Positions 1 through 13,711 of a DNA stretch of 64,000 bases are shown here, piece after piece; within the stretch, counting starts at the first letter, position 1; the number at the start of each line of letters is the position of its first letter. Under the pieces are notes generated by a model. It saw only the letters and a list, made by a program, of their open reading frames with translations, ran no database searches and had not been told where the DNA came from. The translations under genes and the position numbers were made by a program. The DNA comes from Octopus sinensis (taxonomy: Eukaryota), in assembly GCF_006345805.1 (NCBI RefSeq), contig NC_043001.1:34286001-34350000 (forward strand), written 5' to 3'.

Positions 1-149
1 TTCGTTGTAGTAATTTTTTCTCTGCTATCTAGGCTGTCAATCTATAATTGTTTTTCATCTCGTTTTTCTTTCTGCTTATTTTTGCCTCCTGCTGTATTTT
101 TGATTTCTCTATGTTTTGGTTAATTTCTCCAAACCGTTTTTATAAGTGA

Positions 150-155
150 GAAAGA

Positions 156-238
<83 letters not shown>

Positions 239-260
239 TGTGAGAGAGAGAGAGAGCGTG

Positions 261-305
<45 letters not shown>
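150..305. repeat. (GA)n microsatellite
   Basis: Direct: long AG dinucleotide run with two interruptions. Confidence 0.97.
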
Positions 306-699
306 TTAGGTTAATTACATTTCTGGTCAATAAAAATTATCAAACTCATTACGTAACTTCATCGTTTCCTATTATTGTGAGCTCTTACTGTTCTTGCAGT
401 TGTTGCTGATGATGACAAAATTCTTATTGTTCTATTATAGCTCTCCCCAGCCTAAAATGAGAAAAACAAACTGTCCTATCTTCTCAGCACCATCACAAAA
501 TATATAAGAAAAAATAGATATCAAACCCATTAGTTTAAGAAACCATGTTGGGTTTGCTCCAGCCTATTTTTCACTCAGATTTCATTTTTTCCTCCTACCG
601 TTTGTCTTTTCAATTTTTGTATTTCAATCATGAGTTATACAGCACACCTCTGCACTCTGACTTGTCGGTAACTGTCTATGATCCTTGTGCGCTTGTACA

Positions 700-700
<1 letters not shown>

Positions 701-773
<73 letters not shown>

Positions 774-775
774 TA
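701..775. repeat. (TATC)n microsatellite
   Basis: Direct: perfect tetranucleotide array. Confidence 0.95.
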
Positions 776-814
776 TTCTATCTATCTGTTTATCTGTGTA
801 TGTGTCTCTTTCTC

Positions 815-994
815 TTCACTCTCTTTTACTTGTTTCAGTCATTTGACTGCAGCCATGCTGGGGCATCGTCTTTTGTCGAACAAATCGACCCCAGGACTTA
901 TTCTTTGTAAGCCTAGTACTTATTCTATCGCTAAGTTACGGGGGCATTAACACACCACCATCGGTTGTCAAGCGATGTTGGGGGGACAACGTAA

Positions 995-1049
<55 letters not shown>

Positions 1050-1076
1050 TTAAAGAGAGAAACCACTATTAGGTAT

Positions 1077-1109
<33 letters not shown>

Positions 1110-1114
1110 ATATA

Positions 1115-1146
<32 letters not shown>

Positions 1147-1229
1147 CAACAGGCTTCTTTCAGTTTCTGCCTACCAAATCTACTCACAGGCTTTGGTCGG
1201 CCCGAGGCTAAAGTAGAAGACACTGCCCA

Positions 1230-1230
<1 letters not shown>
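815..1230 (-). mobile_element. SINE family B, 5'-truncated, split by expanded (TA)n
   Basis: Reverse complement of the B tail (ggcggtgctccagcatggccgcagtcaaatgactgaaacaagtaaaagag) at ~815-990 and of the B body (ggatttggtagacggaaactgaaagaagc) at ~1148-1230. Confidence 0.85.
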
Positions 1231-1287
<57 letters not shown>

Positions 1288-1576
1288 TGTATGTATGCAC
1301 GTGTGTGTACGCATATATGTACATATGTAAATAGGCATGCATGGTTCGTTTTATGAGCCCACGCAACTTTAAGTTTCACAGAACCAACTCAAACTGTTAT
1401 TAATTACTGTATTTGTTTCTTTCGTTGTTTGAAAAAAAGTTCGTATTCTATGTTTTTGTTTTCTTTACGTTCTCGCTTTTCATTTTGTTCACGTGTTTTT
1501 GACGTCCTGTACCCATATATGCATATGCATATATATACGTATATATAATATAATATATATATATATATATAATACT

Positions 1577-1847
1577 CTTTTACTCTTTTACTCTTTTACC
1601 TGTTTCAGTCATTTGACTGCGGCCATGCTGGAGCACCGCCTTTGGTCGAGCAAATCGACCCCGGGATTTATTCTTTGTAAGCCCAGTACTTATTCTATCG
1701 GTCTCTTTTGCCGAACCGCTAGGTGACGGGGACGTAAACACACCAGCATCGGTTGTCAAGCAATGCTAGGGGGACAACACAGACACACAAACAACAGACC
1801 ACACAAATACATAATATATATTTACATATATACGACAGGCTTCTTAA

Positions 1848-1918
<71 letters not shown>

Positions 1919-1995
1919 ATATATATATAATATATATATATATGCAGCAGCACTGAACCCGGCACCATGTATTTGGGAGCAAGCTTCTTACCACA
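1577..1995 (-). mobile_element. SINE family B, near full length with central (TA)n
   Basis: Head (ggctgtgtggtaagaagcttg...gggttcagt), central microsatellite and tail are all present on the minus strand. Confidence 0.85.
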
Positions 1996-2004
1996 CAGCC
2001 ACGC

Positions 2005-2034
2005 CTGTAAGTATGTATGCATGTATGCATGTAT

Positions 2035-2065
<31 letters not shown>

Positions 2066-2300
2066 ATCATATATGTTTATATACATATCTGTATATATGT
2101 ATATATATGTGTGCGTGTGTGTGTACGCATATGTATATATATGTGTGCGTGTGTGTGTACGCATATGTGTGTATATGTGTGTATGTATGTATGTATGTAT
2201 GTATGTATGTATGTATGTATGTATGTCTTTATCTATCTGTCTATCTGTCTATCTATACGTGTGTTCCCGCGTGCGCACATCTGTGTATGCGAGCGTGTGT
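2005..2300. repeat. Compound microsatellite (TA/TG/TATG/TATC)
   Basis: Direct. Confidence 0.9.
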
Positions 2301-3034
2301 GTGTTTTTGTGCGCGTACGTTAAAAATATGCCTGTTTTTTGTAAATTTTTTTTTTAGCTATCTTTGTTAATTACGAATCTAGTTATATCAATTATCTTAT
2401 TTGTATTTTCTTAATTATTTTTCACTTTCCTTAACACCTGTCAACTCACCTCCCCACCCACTCTGCAAAATTTTCATCATTCCCCCCTTCATCTATCATT
2501 TCCAATTCCTTGAATTCGCAGAATCCTTCTTTCTATTATTTTTCTTTTTCTTAATCTCCTCCTACTCCTTGATCTGTGTTTGTTTTTTTTTTTTAACTAT
2601 GATTTCACTTCGATTTTCTCGTTTCATTTTCACATTTTCACATTTTCACATTTTCACAATCTCACTCAACTTTGATTTTTCTAACCTCTTCCACACACTT
2701 TTCTGTAATTTTCTTAACAGCTTACGTCATTTTAAATTATCCTTTGCTCTTTGGATTATTTTCAATCATATGTGACATGCTACCGCGTTGACAGTGTACA
2801 ACAACAACAACAACGAAAAAGAAAGAAAGAAAAAAGCAATGAGGTACTTGCGCCCCCTCTGTTCAAATAAGTGCACACAAATATATGCAACACAGTGTAC
2901 GACACACACACAGGCACAGACACACACACTTGAATACATTCTTAATCTTTCCTTTGAGCATTGTTACTTCATGTGACGTATTAATGTTTACACCTTACCA
3001 ACAAACGCAGTATTGAGAACGATTGGGTAAAAGA

Positions 3035-3165
3035 AAGTATTGTAATAATTTGAATCGAATAAGTACTAGGCTTACAAAGAATAAGTCCTTGGGTCGATTT
3101 GCTCGACTAAAGGCGGTTTGCCAGCATGGTCGCAGTCAAATGACTGAAACAAATAAAATAAGAGA
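3035..3165 (+). mobile_element. SINE family B 3' tail fragment
   Basis: gaataagtactaggcttacaaagaataagtcc...ggcggtttgccagcatggtcgcagtcaaatgactgaaac. Confidence 0.85.
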
Positions 3166-3227
3166 ACAAAAGAATTTAAAAAATGCAAAATTATGATAAA
3201 TGTTAAAGGACTTAAAGATATAAGAAG

Positions 3228-3275
<48 letters not shown>

Positions 3276-3286
3276 ATATATGTGTG

Positions 3287-3335
<49 letters not shown>

Positions 3336-3518
3336 TAGGGAATATAATTTCAAACTTACAGGGAAAAATTCAATTTAGCAATTCTAAATCAAATTTCACA
3401 AAATATAATATATGTACATAATTAAGAGAAATAACCTGTATTAAGCAATTTAATCGTGAAAGACATTATCTATATTATATAGAAAAAAATTTAAATATAC
3501 TACAATAAATATTATTCA

Positions 3519-3620
3519 AAAGTCGACCTCAGCGGAATTTGAACTCAGAACGTAAGGACGGACGAAATGTCGCTAAGCATTTTCCCCGGCCTGCTAATGA
3601 TTCTGCCAGTTCGCCGTCCT
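3519..3620 (-). mobile_element. SINE family A, head/core fragment
   Basis: Reverse complement of ggcgaactggcagaatcattagc...ttctgagttcaaattccgctgaggtcgacttt, with tRNA-like A and B boxes. Confidence 0.85.
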
Positions 3621-3641
3621 CTATTTGATTCATAACAACGA

Positions 3642-3848
3642 AGGTGGCGTGCTGGTAGAGTCGTTAGCACGCCGGACAAAAATGCTTAGCGGCATTTCGT
3701 CCCTCTTTACATCCAAACTTCAAATTCCGCTGAGGTCAATTTTGCTTTCCATTCTTTCGAGGTCGATAAAATAAGTACTTGTTGAGAACTGGGGTCGATG
3801 TAATCGCTTAATCCATTCCCACTAAATTTCAGACCTTGTGCCTATAGT
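3642..3848 (+). mobile_element. SINE family A with tail type 2 (...aaatttcagaccttgtgcctatagt)
   Basis: tRNA-like head, shared core (tttccattctttcgaggtcgataaaataagtac) and tail. Confidence 0.85.
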
Positions 3849-4123
3849 TGCTCTGAACTAGCAACCTGTTACAATGTTTACCCCAACACACACGGTAAAC
3901 CTTCATCATCCTTTCTTCCTTTCTCTGTCTTACACACCAGGCTCTGCATCCCTCTAAATGTTTAGCTTGTCCACTTCTCAGAATGCGTCACGCCTAGAGC
4001 TTACTTCTTGCTTCAACGTCTATACATGTACCAGCACTTCAATTCCACCGACCTTTCTTGTATGCGAGGTCCTCCAAAGATCATGACCGCCGCTTCATTT
4101 TCTCTGACTGAACAATAATGAAA

Positions 4124-4835
4124 GTTTGAAATTTTGGCACGGGCACAACAGTTTTTGACGGGATGGGCAAATCGACTACATCGATATCCTCCCTAGTATT
4201 TGGCTGATACTTATTTTATCGACCTGGAAAGGATGAAAGATAAAGTCGACTTCGGCGAAATTTCAACTTAGAACACAGAACAAAACAACGGATGTAATAT
4301 CTGTTTCTTTATTACCCAACAAGGGGCTAAACATAGAGGGGACAAACAAGGACAGAGAAACGGATTAAGTCGATTACAACGACCCCAGTGCGTAACTGGT
4401 ACTTAATTTATCGACCCTGAAAGGATGACGGGGAAAGTCGACCTCGGCGGAATTTGAACTCAGAACGTAACCTTTCTACTATAGGCACACGGCCTGGATT
4501 TTGTGGGGAGGAGGATAGTCAATCACATCGACCCCAGTGTTTCACTGGTACTTTATTTTTCGACCCCGAAAGGATGAAAGGCAAAGTCGACCTCGGCGGA
4601 ATTTGAACTCAGAACGTAACCTTTCTACTATAGGCACACGGCCTGGATTTTGTGGGGAGGAGGATAGTCAATCACATCGACCCCAGTGTTTCACTGGTAC
4701 TTTATTTTTCGACCCTGAAAGGATGAAAGGCAAAGTCGGCCTCGGCGGAATTTGAACTCAGTAAGTAACCGCAGACGAAATACGGCTACGCATTTCGCCC
4801 GGCGTGCTAACGTTTCTGCCAGCACGCCGCCTTTG
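4124..4835 (-). mobile_element. SINE family A head-to-tail tetramer with three tail types; includes a near-identical 149-bp tandem duplication
   Basis: Four cores in tandem. The repeat unit starts at 4471 and again at 4620 (period 149). Confidence 0.9.
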
Positions 4836-5550
4836 CCTAAACAATAATAGTAAAAAGAATCTCTCATGGAATGGTTGGTTTTATTACCTTTATTTCAAAG
4901 ATAAATATGCAAAATTTGCAAGTTTGCCACGAATATGTATTTAAAGATTTCGTAATATTATGTTAAGTGTTCACATTTATGTTTGCATTTTTCCTTATGT
5001 TTTACTCAAAATATTATCCATATATCGAGAAATGCTGTATTTATGCACAGTCAGCGTTAGCTTCCAGATTATTCGTCTCTTATCTCAACTAAAGTACGCA
5101 TCTAAATGGCACCAGAATAAGTCATTAACTTACAGGCGATGAAATGTGGAGGAAAAAAGGCTTAACAGATTTATCTCGCTCTCATCTGATTTGATTCTTT
5201 TGCGTTGGTTTCTACTTCTACTTCATAACCTGAAATAAGTAAAACGTAAAAAAAATCCAACCGGGGCTGAAATTACTTCACAAAACGAAGAGAAAGTAGA
5301 TAAGATAGAAAAAAAAAATGGTAAAAATTAACGTTTGCGATTCTCGTGGGATTTTATAACGCAAGAATCAATCTTTATAGAGTATTATTATGAAAATTCG
5401 TTGCATAAATCTATTCAGGAAGTCTTAGTATACGCGTAGCTCGAATGCAAACCATTAGTCTTGTGTTTACTCGAAACCGCAAACATTCCATTTTCGTTCA
5501 TTAATTGCCTTCATTATGTGCGCGCGCGTCCGCGTAGTCACACACACACA

Positions 5551-5592
<42 letters not shown>

Positions 5593-7256
5593 ACACACAC
5601 AAGCACACACACACACTGAGGTATGCATACATATTTATATAACAATGTCTGCAAATAGTAGAAAGTAAACATCCACTAATATGTCTCATATAAATAAATT
5701 AATCTTATATTGCCATCAAATAGTAAACACACACACACGTACACACACACACGTACACACACACACACACACACGTACACACATACACACATACACACAT
5801 ACGTTCTCTCTCTCTCCCACTCTCTCACACACATGCACACGTGTTTGTGTGTGTGTGTGTGATGATGGAGTGTACATTTTTCGTATTGCAAAAATATATC
5901 TTGCTCCCAGTCACCGTTGTCACCTTTTCCATAACTTTAACGTGATAAACATACGTTCAAACATACAAATCGGTCGATGGTCTCCAATGGGTCCCATTAT
6001 TTTCTCTCGTCAAGGAAAATTTCCTTTGTGTCTGGTGATCGAAGTATAGCATGAGTTTAAAATCTTCTACCAAACAAATTGTCAGTAAAATGTTTGTATG
6101 CAAACCACAGATAGTACTAGTTGGCGATATCTGTCACACGAAATGACAATTAATGAGTTTTCACAGTCTTTACAGCTGATTTGGCCGAAAACATTGAATC
6201 TCTAGGGTAAAAAAGTGGAAAAGAAATAAAACAAATATCAGAATATATTTTCGAAGAAGAAAATGGTAATTGGAAAAATCAAGATATAAAGTTATTACAT
6301 GTTCTATGGCAAGAAAAAGCTTAAAGCGAACAAACTTTGACAACGTGAGCTCAAATCTTTAAAGAGTTAAAAAAAAAAAATTTATTTGTAGTTTGTCTGA
6401 AATAAAACTTAAATACATTTTGTGAAATGAAACTTAAATACATTGAATTCAGGTTGTCTTATTTTAAGAGGAATCTTAGGTGTAAAAGTTGTCTACAAAG
6501 TTAATATATTTAGCAGTTTTTGCTTGCAATTTGTTTGAATTGTGAGTGAAACAAAAGTGAAATGAATCGTCATATGCACGGGGAAAAGCAAAATTCGAAG
6601 CGACGAGTCGCATATTCATTCTTAATACGTTTCGGCAGATTTGAACACAAACATACTAATGGCTGATGTGTTCGTCGTAGGAGAACGGCTTCTTCTTTAC
6701 GACAAGTATATATTCATAACACAATCAATTCATTAGTAGAAGCGACTATGGGATGCCAATATTTAGATATGTGTATTATCAGCCAGAAGTACCTGGATGA
6801 AGGAATCTAATAATGGTCTTGTTTATTATTTTAGTGAAAAAACTGTTTGCCAATCTATATTGACCAACCGATAATAAAATTACATATTAAACACGTTTAC
6901 TTCAAGTTCATCATTTTAAGAAAATTCTTAGGTGTAAAAGCTGTATGTAAGCATGTAATTCATTATGTATTATAATCCATTATGTGTTATAATCTTAAAA
7001 TATATAGCAGTAACCCAAATAAGTATGTAGAGCAATTGAGTTATTAGTATAAACTCCACATTGAAAATTTCCCTGGATAGATAAGATTTTTCTGATGTCA
7101 TTCTCAGAAAAATGAGCCACGGAAATGTTCGAACATGAAAATATTCTATTTCCAGTTTTCTTTTCATTCCATTTCTTGCGTAGATACAAATCGTAAAATC
7201 TATGTTAAATGCTCTCTTATCTGTAGCTTGGTTTGTTATGGTTGTTGATTAAAATA

Positions 7257-7455
7257 AGGTGGTAGAGCTGAAAGAATCGTTAGTCGAGCAAAATACTAAG
7301 TAGCACTTCTTCCAGCCTTAGTTCTAAGTTCAAATTCCGCCGAGGTTGGCCTTACTTTTGCATCCTTTCGGGGTCGACAAAGTAAGAACAAGTCGACGTA
7401 TTCAGCTTCCCTATTCCTAAAATTAGACTTTTTTTGCTAAAACCTAACACATTAA
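7257..7455 (+). mobile_element. SINE family A, diverged
   Basis: gaatcgttag...ttctaagttcaaattccgccgaggttggcc...catcctttcggggtcgac. Confidence 0.7.
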
Positions 7456-8104
7456 TCATCAAACAAGCTTCTTCAAATTTTGTTTAAGCTTTGACTGTTC
7501 GGCTGTTTTTTAATCGGCAGATGTGATTTGAAGGAGATTTGGCTGCTATTTTCTAACCAATCTAACGATCTATCTTGTACAAAGTCAACTAAATTAAAAG
7601 CACATAGGTTCATTAACTTTGTACAACAAACTTAAGCGGCAGGTAAACTGACCAGTTTCGAATTCAATGAGGAATCATTCCACCTGTATCACAAACGGCT
7701 TGGGGGGGGGGGGGGCTATACGAACATTTTAAATATACATTTCAACGGGTCTGCACAGATATCACAAAACATCTTATCCAACCATTTAAAATCTCCGCCA
7801 TCCAAACCGCTTGGAATTGGTAATTTTAAACGACTCCAACAGGAAGAAAAGAAAATTTGACCTCGGCAGGGATTGAACACAACACACAGACACAAACACA
7901 ACACACACGCGCGCGCTTCCACGGCTAGAAATAAAAAAAAAAAACAAACAAAAGAAAATACCATATACTATGCGGCAATTTATATAGGCGCCACCGAAGA
8001 CTCTGCCAATTTGTATGCACGCTCTCATTCTATTACAACCGCCCTGTCCCCCACTTCGCACCCTTTTTTTTCTCACATACAGTTTGCGGAGTTATAAGCA
8101 TACA

Positions 8105-8352
8105 CACAATGTGTGTGTGTGTGTTGTGTGTGTGTATGTCTTTGTGTGTGTGTGTGTGTGTGTGTGTGTTGCAAAGTTTATTTGAAAAATGTTATGAGGA
8201 ACACCGTTGCTACACAAGTTTTCCCGCTAGAATCAATGAAGTGAATCATGCGTTTTCTTTTATGTATGTATGTATGCATGTATACATGTATATATATGCA
8301 CACACGTATATGCATATATACATATTTACATATATTCCACATATATACATAA

Positions 8353-8431
<79 letters not shown>

Positions 8432-8547
8432 ATGTATGTATGTATATACAATATTTGTACATACTTGATATGTATATAAATATATACATATTTATATTCA
8501 TATACTATATATATATATATGTCTATATCTATATCTATATCTGAATG

Positions 8548-8583
<36 letters not shown>

Positions 8584-8624
8584 GTATATATGTATATATA
8601 TGTATATATATATATGTACAAATA

Positions 8625-8660
<36 letters not shown>

Positions 8661-8671
8661 TATACATACAC

Positions 8672-8722
<51 letters not shown>

Positions 8723-8730
8723 TGTATATA
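8105..8730. repeat. Compound (TG)/(TA)/(CA) microsatellite field
   Basis: Direct. Confidence 0.9.
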
Positions 8731-9279
8731 TAAAAGGGCTGCGGGAAATTATCCAAGGACGCCATTCGTCTGATAAATAACAATCAAATTAGTGCCATCA
8801 TACTTAATGTAGTGAAGAACAAATATTTAATCAATTAATTATACTTATGCGGTGATGAGGAGAAAACATTATCTCAATGACCAATATTAATTTAATCTGA
8901 GTTTTTTTTTCCTCACTACAATGCGTTTGATGGGATTTTCGGGGCCGTTTTTCTTCGCACCGATTGTGTCCCTCAGCAACTTTTTTCCCTACTTATTATA
9001 ATTACTGACGCCTACTCTTATACAACGCTGCATAAATATAATGATTCTATTATTCTTAATCTGCCAATTACAGAGGTTGTTATGCTTCGCCAAGGAGGTT
9101 TGATACGGTCGAAACACGCCAGGACTTACGTTCATGCTTTCTAAAATCGCAGTGAATTGATGTCTATTATTGTTAATATTTTTATCGCTTCACTATACTA
9201 CATAAGTGTATAAGTACTTCAAATTACATAAAATTTTCTTCTCATTCCATTATGATGACATTTATTTGACACTGTGTCT

Positions 9280-9503
<224 letters not shown>

Positions 9504-11039
9504 GCACATATATAACTACAAATAAACATGCGTATATAATCAAAACGTTTATCCTTGGCACCGTATGGCCAATTATATTCCTCTCTTGATTTCGTTTTAC
9601 TAAAGCATAACAAGATTGTATTCTACCCCTCTTTTTAGTTTAAGTCCTACGCCTCCACCGACATTCGTTTCTTCCGTAATATGTAATAATAAGTGCTCAA
9701 TGTGATTTACAATCTTTCTAAAGATATTTTTGTCCTTTGTTATGAGTTGTCGCCATCTTAGATACGGTATCTTAAATTTCATTTGAGCGCTATTTTACTT
9801 TCTTCCATTACGGAATGCTGAACTTCTTAGAGCGAAACAAATGTAAACGAAATAATAAGAACCGACGATCAAAAAGATCTGTTGAGACTGTTTTCGTTAA
9901 TATAATATCTTTTAACTTGGCGCCCATGAAAACATCATATGTTACTTTAGCACTGTGTTTTATGATTCGCCAATGCATTCGCTTTCCTCGCATACGCAGA
10001 GGAGGTCAAAATATCACGTGTAAATGTTATACTAAATATATAAAAGTAAAACGGCATTTGAAGTGGCTAAACTAAGAGGCAAAAATAAAGAAAAAATTCA
10101 AAAAGCAATATAGAAACAATAATAAGAGAAGTGGTTAGAGAAAAAGACGAAAAAGAGATGTAAATAGAATAAAAAAAGATGAAAAGTAAAAACAAAAAAA
10201 TGGCAGTTCATCGCCCTCAGATGTGGAAGAGAGGCACCAGTTAATTTGTATCGTTAGTTGTGCGAAATATGAAGACATGCTTAGGTTACGCCTTTGTTGT
10301 TGTTGTTGTTGTTGTGCTGCTGCTGCTGCTGGTTTTCATTATGTTATTGTGCAATTTTGTTGTTCGTTATGTATATATATATTTTGTCTTTAGCAACGTC
10401 ATGTCGAATGTCTATTTGAATAAATAAAAGAAGAAAAGAAAGAATTCCATAGAGTCTAGTCTTTCCATCAAATATACGATGAAAGAGAAATACATTTTGC
10501 TTATTGACTTTTCTATATTCTAGAACCTTTGATGAGATGAAAACGAAATAAGTAAATAATCACGTATAGAACATAAACAATTTAACAATTTTTTTCTTTA
10601 CTAAAGAATAAAAGGAAAGAAAGATATAACTGTTCATATTTCATCTATTTGACTAGATTTTAGTAACACTACAACATCTTTCAGACAGTTAAAGAAAAAT
10701 TTAATCAGTCCGCAACCTTTTAAATTATTATCATTGGACTTCTTTTTACTATTTTCTCTCTATTTGAGTCAAATAGACGGAAGATAAATCTAATTATTGC
10801 TCTTGCTATAAAAATGAAACCTAATACTAATCGGGAAAATTCTACAGTTATTTGGAAGCTTGAAGACTGCAGAGTCTCTTTTGGTAATATATTTCTTCCG
10901 AAACGATTGATTCTTGAGATTGGGTGAGGTCCACAAAATATTGAAAGTGCGGCCTTAGGAGAAGATATCTTTCAAAAGTAGATTTATTGTTAACCATTGG
11001 TTATCTTTTCTATTTTAAGATTATTATTCTTATGTGCGT

Positions 11040-11320
11040 GAGGGGCATCGCCTAATGGTTGGGATGTTTCACTCACGATTGCGAGATCGTGAGCCCGATT
11101 CTTGGACCGTGAGGTGTATTGTGCTCTTGAACAAAAATACTTCATCTGAAGTTGCTCTGCGATCACTTCGACATCTGACGTGTGGTACACCGTACACCTA
11201 TAGAGATCATGGAGATTTGAATGGGTGGGATGCGTAAACTAATGTGCAGCGCGAACATTTGATCACTATACACAGGTCATTTGTGCAGGCTGTTTCGCAA
11301 CAAATTGCAAAGCCGCCTTT
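11040..11320 (+). mobile_element. SINE family C variant (tRNA head, distinct 3' module)
   Basis: ggcatcgcctaatggttggg...gattcttggacc...gtgctcttgaacaaaaatacttcatctgaagttgctctg matches the C head and body. Confidence 0.65.
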
Positions 11321-11413
11321 CTCGCACTTGAGAAGCTACCTTACATTTTTATGTTTACGTAAAGAAATAAGCAATCTTAACTATGGAAAGAAATTGAAGA
11401 AATAATCTATCTA

Positions 11414-11979
11414 TTGGGTTGTGCGGTAAGTTCGTGCCTATTTATAGTAGCTTACCTTTCGACTTATTTTAGAACATGGTTGAGTCCATAAAATAGGATT
11501 TGACTACACTTCCATTTAGAGCGCAGTTTAAGCTATCTTTTCGTGGAAGAACGTTTATGTTCCTATAATCTGTGTTAATTCTGTAATCTTTTAAAATGGA
11601 AGATAAGAAAGTTCATTTTCGGCACTTGATGCTTTGGGAACCAGACAAAAATTGCTGCAGCTCGGCTGGGATGTGCTACCCCACCCTCCATATTCCCCAG
11701 ATATTGCTCCTTCGTATTTCCACTTATTCAGGTCTCTGCAGAATAGTCTTAATGGCAAAAATTTCAATTCCTTGGATGACGTAAAAAGATACCTTGACGA
11801 ATTCTTTGCCACGAAAGCCCCTCAATTCTGGAAAGAGGGTATTTTCAAGTTAAAGGAAAGCTGGAGACGCATTGTGCGACAAAATGGTTCATATTTGGTT
11901 GATTAAAAATGTAATGGCAAGTATTTATTGACCTTTTTCTTTCCTTTAAAAATCGGCACGAACTTTCCGGACAACCCAA
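11414..11979 (+). mobile_element. Mariner transposon, internally deleted (566 bp), TA TSD
   Basis: TIRs ttgggttgtgcggtaagttcgtgcc / ggcacgaactttccggacaacccaa, flanked by TA at 11412-13 and 11980-81. The first ~12 codons (MEDKKVHFRHLML) are fused to the C-terminus with HPPYSPDIAPSYFHLF (mariner YSPDLAP motif). Confidence 0.95.
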
Positions 11980-12984
11980 TATATATTCTGCTACGATACA
12001 GCTAATTAGGTAAAGCATCTTAAGCTCATTCCTACATCTTTATTTTCAACCCAAAGAAAAGTACGTATGGTTGAAGTTGAACCCACAGCCGCTTAACAAA
12101 GCACCGTAGCCGACCCACTGTGTTCTGGATTCTTAAATCACTTTACACTCCTCTTGATAATGTAGATATCACTTGGAATATACTTTCACATCCAAATCCT
12201 GCTCAGACGGACACGTATCAGCTCAACTTCTCCTTACTTTCTTAAAACACATTTCACTAATCATTGCTCAAATAAACAGACCACTGCGAAATCGTTGGCC
12301 ATGATCCTCATAATCCCGAGGCCCTTGTAGTATGGCACCTCACTACATTGTACGTGTGACGAACCAGAACTACTGGACCCCTTGCCAAAGTTTTGGCCTT
12401 AATGACAAGTTAAATATTTCTATATAATCTTCGCTGGTCGATGGAGCGTTGGAGCGTCACGAATCAGTCACGACTTACTTTAATTTTTTTTCTATGATAC
12501 ATGGAGGCCACTCCATTTGTTTAAAAACAAAGAAATTTCATTTTCCCCTGCTTTCTCCCTTGGATGAAAATGGAGCCAGGAGGCATCGTCTTTTGTGATA
12601 CATCTCATCCATTCCTTCTACCTTTCCTTGACTTGCCTCAACCAAATCCTTTTGAATTACAACGTTCATAAAAGATAGAATCTTGTTATCGCTGGTAAAT
12701 TTGTCGTTACTGTGAATACTGCCATATTTACCCATCCAAATTAATGTTTTCTAAACTATTCTCTGTTGCATCTTTTATATAACTGTAAGTGTTCAAGCTT
12801 CAAATTCTGCTTCTTTGACCTTTTCACTGTCTTCTTTCTTTTTTTTTGCTAAAAAATAATTTGGGGGAGAGGCGTATTTATATTACTGAGGTTACTATAG
12901 CAACCACCGAGTATCTCTTGTAACTTGAGGCCATTTTGAAAGACGAATAACAGCTATATGCTAAAAATATACAAACAGTTAAGG

Positions 12985-13305
12985 CGCTTGGCATTATGGT
13001 TAAGGCATTCGGCTCACGGTTGAGAGTTCAATTCCCGGCGGCGGGTTGTGTCCTTGTGCAAGACACTTTATTTCACGTTGCTCCAGTCCACTCAGCTGGC
13101 AGAAATGAGTAGTACCTGTATTTCAAGGGGGGGGCACCCTTGTCACATTCTGTCTCCCTCTGAATCTCCCTGAGAACTATGTTCAGGGTACTATGTGAGA
13201 ACTATGTGAAGAGTCCTCAGCTACTAGCACGTTAATTCCACGACCAAGCTTTTCCGTTGATCGGATCAACTGGAAACCTCATTGTCGCAAGCGACGGAGT
13301 CCCAA
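12985..13305 (+). mobile_element. SINE family C, 3' module 2
   Basis: ggcgcttggcattatggttaagg...gtgtccttgtgcaagacactttatttcacgttgctccagtccactcagctggc...gtcgcaagcgacggagt. Confidence 0.85.
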
Positions 13306-13491
13306 TCAGCAGTTAAAATGTTTAAAGACAAACCTTTCTTCGTGGGTGGACCCTGAATCAATCTGATAGCCTCCTGTTAATAAAACGGGAACACCATTTC
13401 TTATTTTATCACTACGTAATTCAGCTAAAAACTGCATTTTCATGGAGTTCTAAGATGAATGTCCTTTCGCTTCATCATACAATAATTCTAC

Positions 13492-13711
13492 CAAAGGCAC
13501 AATTTTAGTGCTTGAAATTTTGGTGGATGGAGCTATATCGATTTCAGTGATCACGTCTACTTATTCTATTAACCACGTGAGGATGAAATGTAAAGACGAC
13601 CTCGGCGGAATTTGAACGCATAACGTAAATCCGGAAAAAATGCCGTGAAGAAGAAATCTCGTCAAGAAATGCCGTCCGACGCTCTAACTACTCTGTTACT
13701 TCGCCGCCTTG
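13492..13711 (-). mobile_element. SINE family A, diverged
   Basis: gacctcggcggaatttgaac core; head at ~13711. Confidence 0.7.

Noticed and set aside
6600-6860. Possible piggyBac transposase relic
   Set aside because: Resemblance too weak to support without a search.
9750-9760. YY1-like cgccatctt motif with ATG on the minus strand
   Set aside because: Single short motif; the frame stops after 12 codons.
12490-12735. Possible transposase or exon fragment (WMRCITKDDASWLHFHP)
   Set aside because: Only vague resemblance to a mariner TGDETW segment; no TIRs or further motifs.
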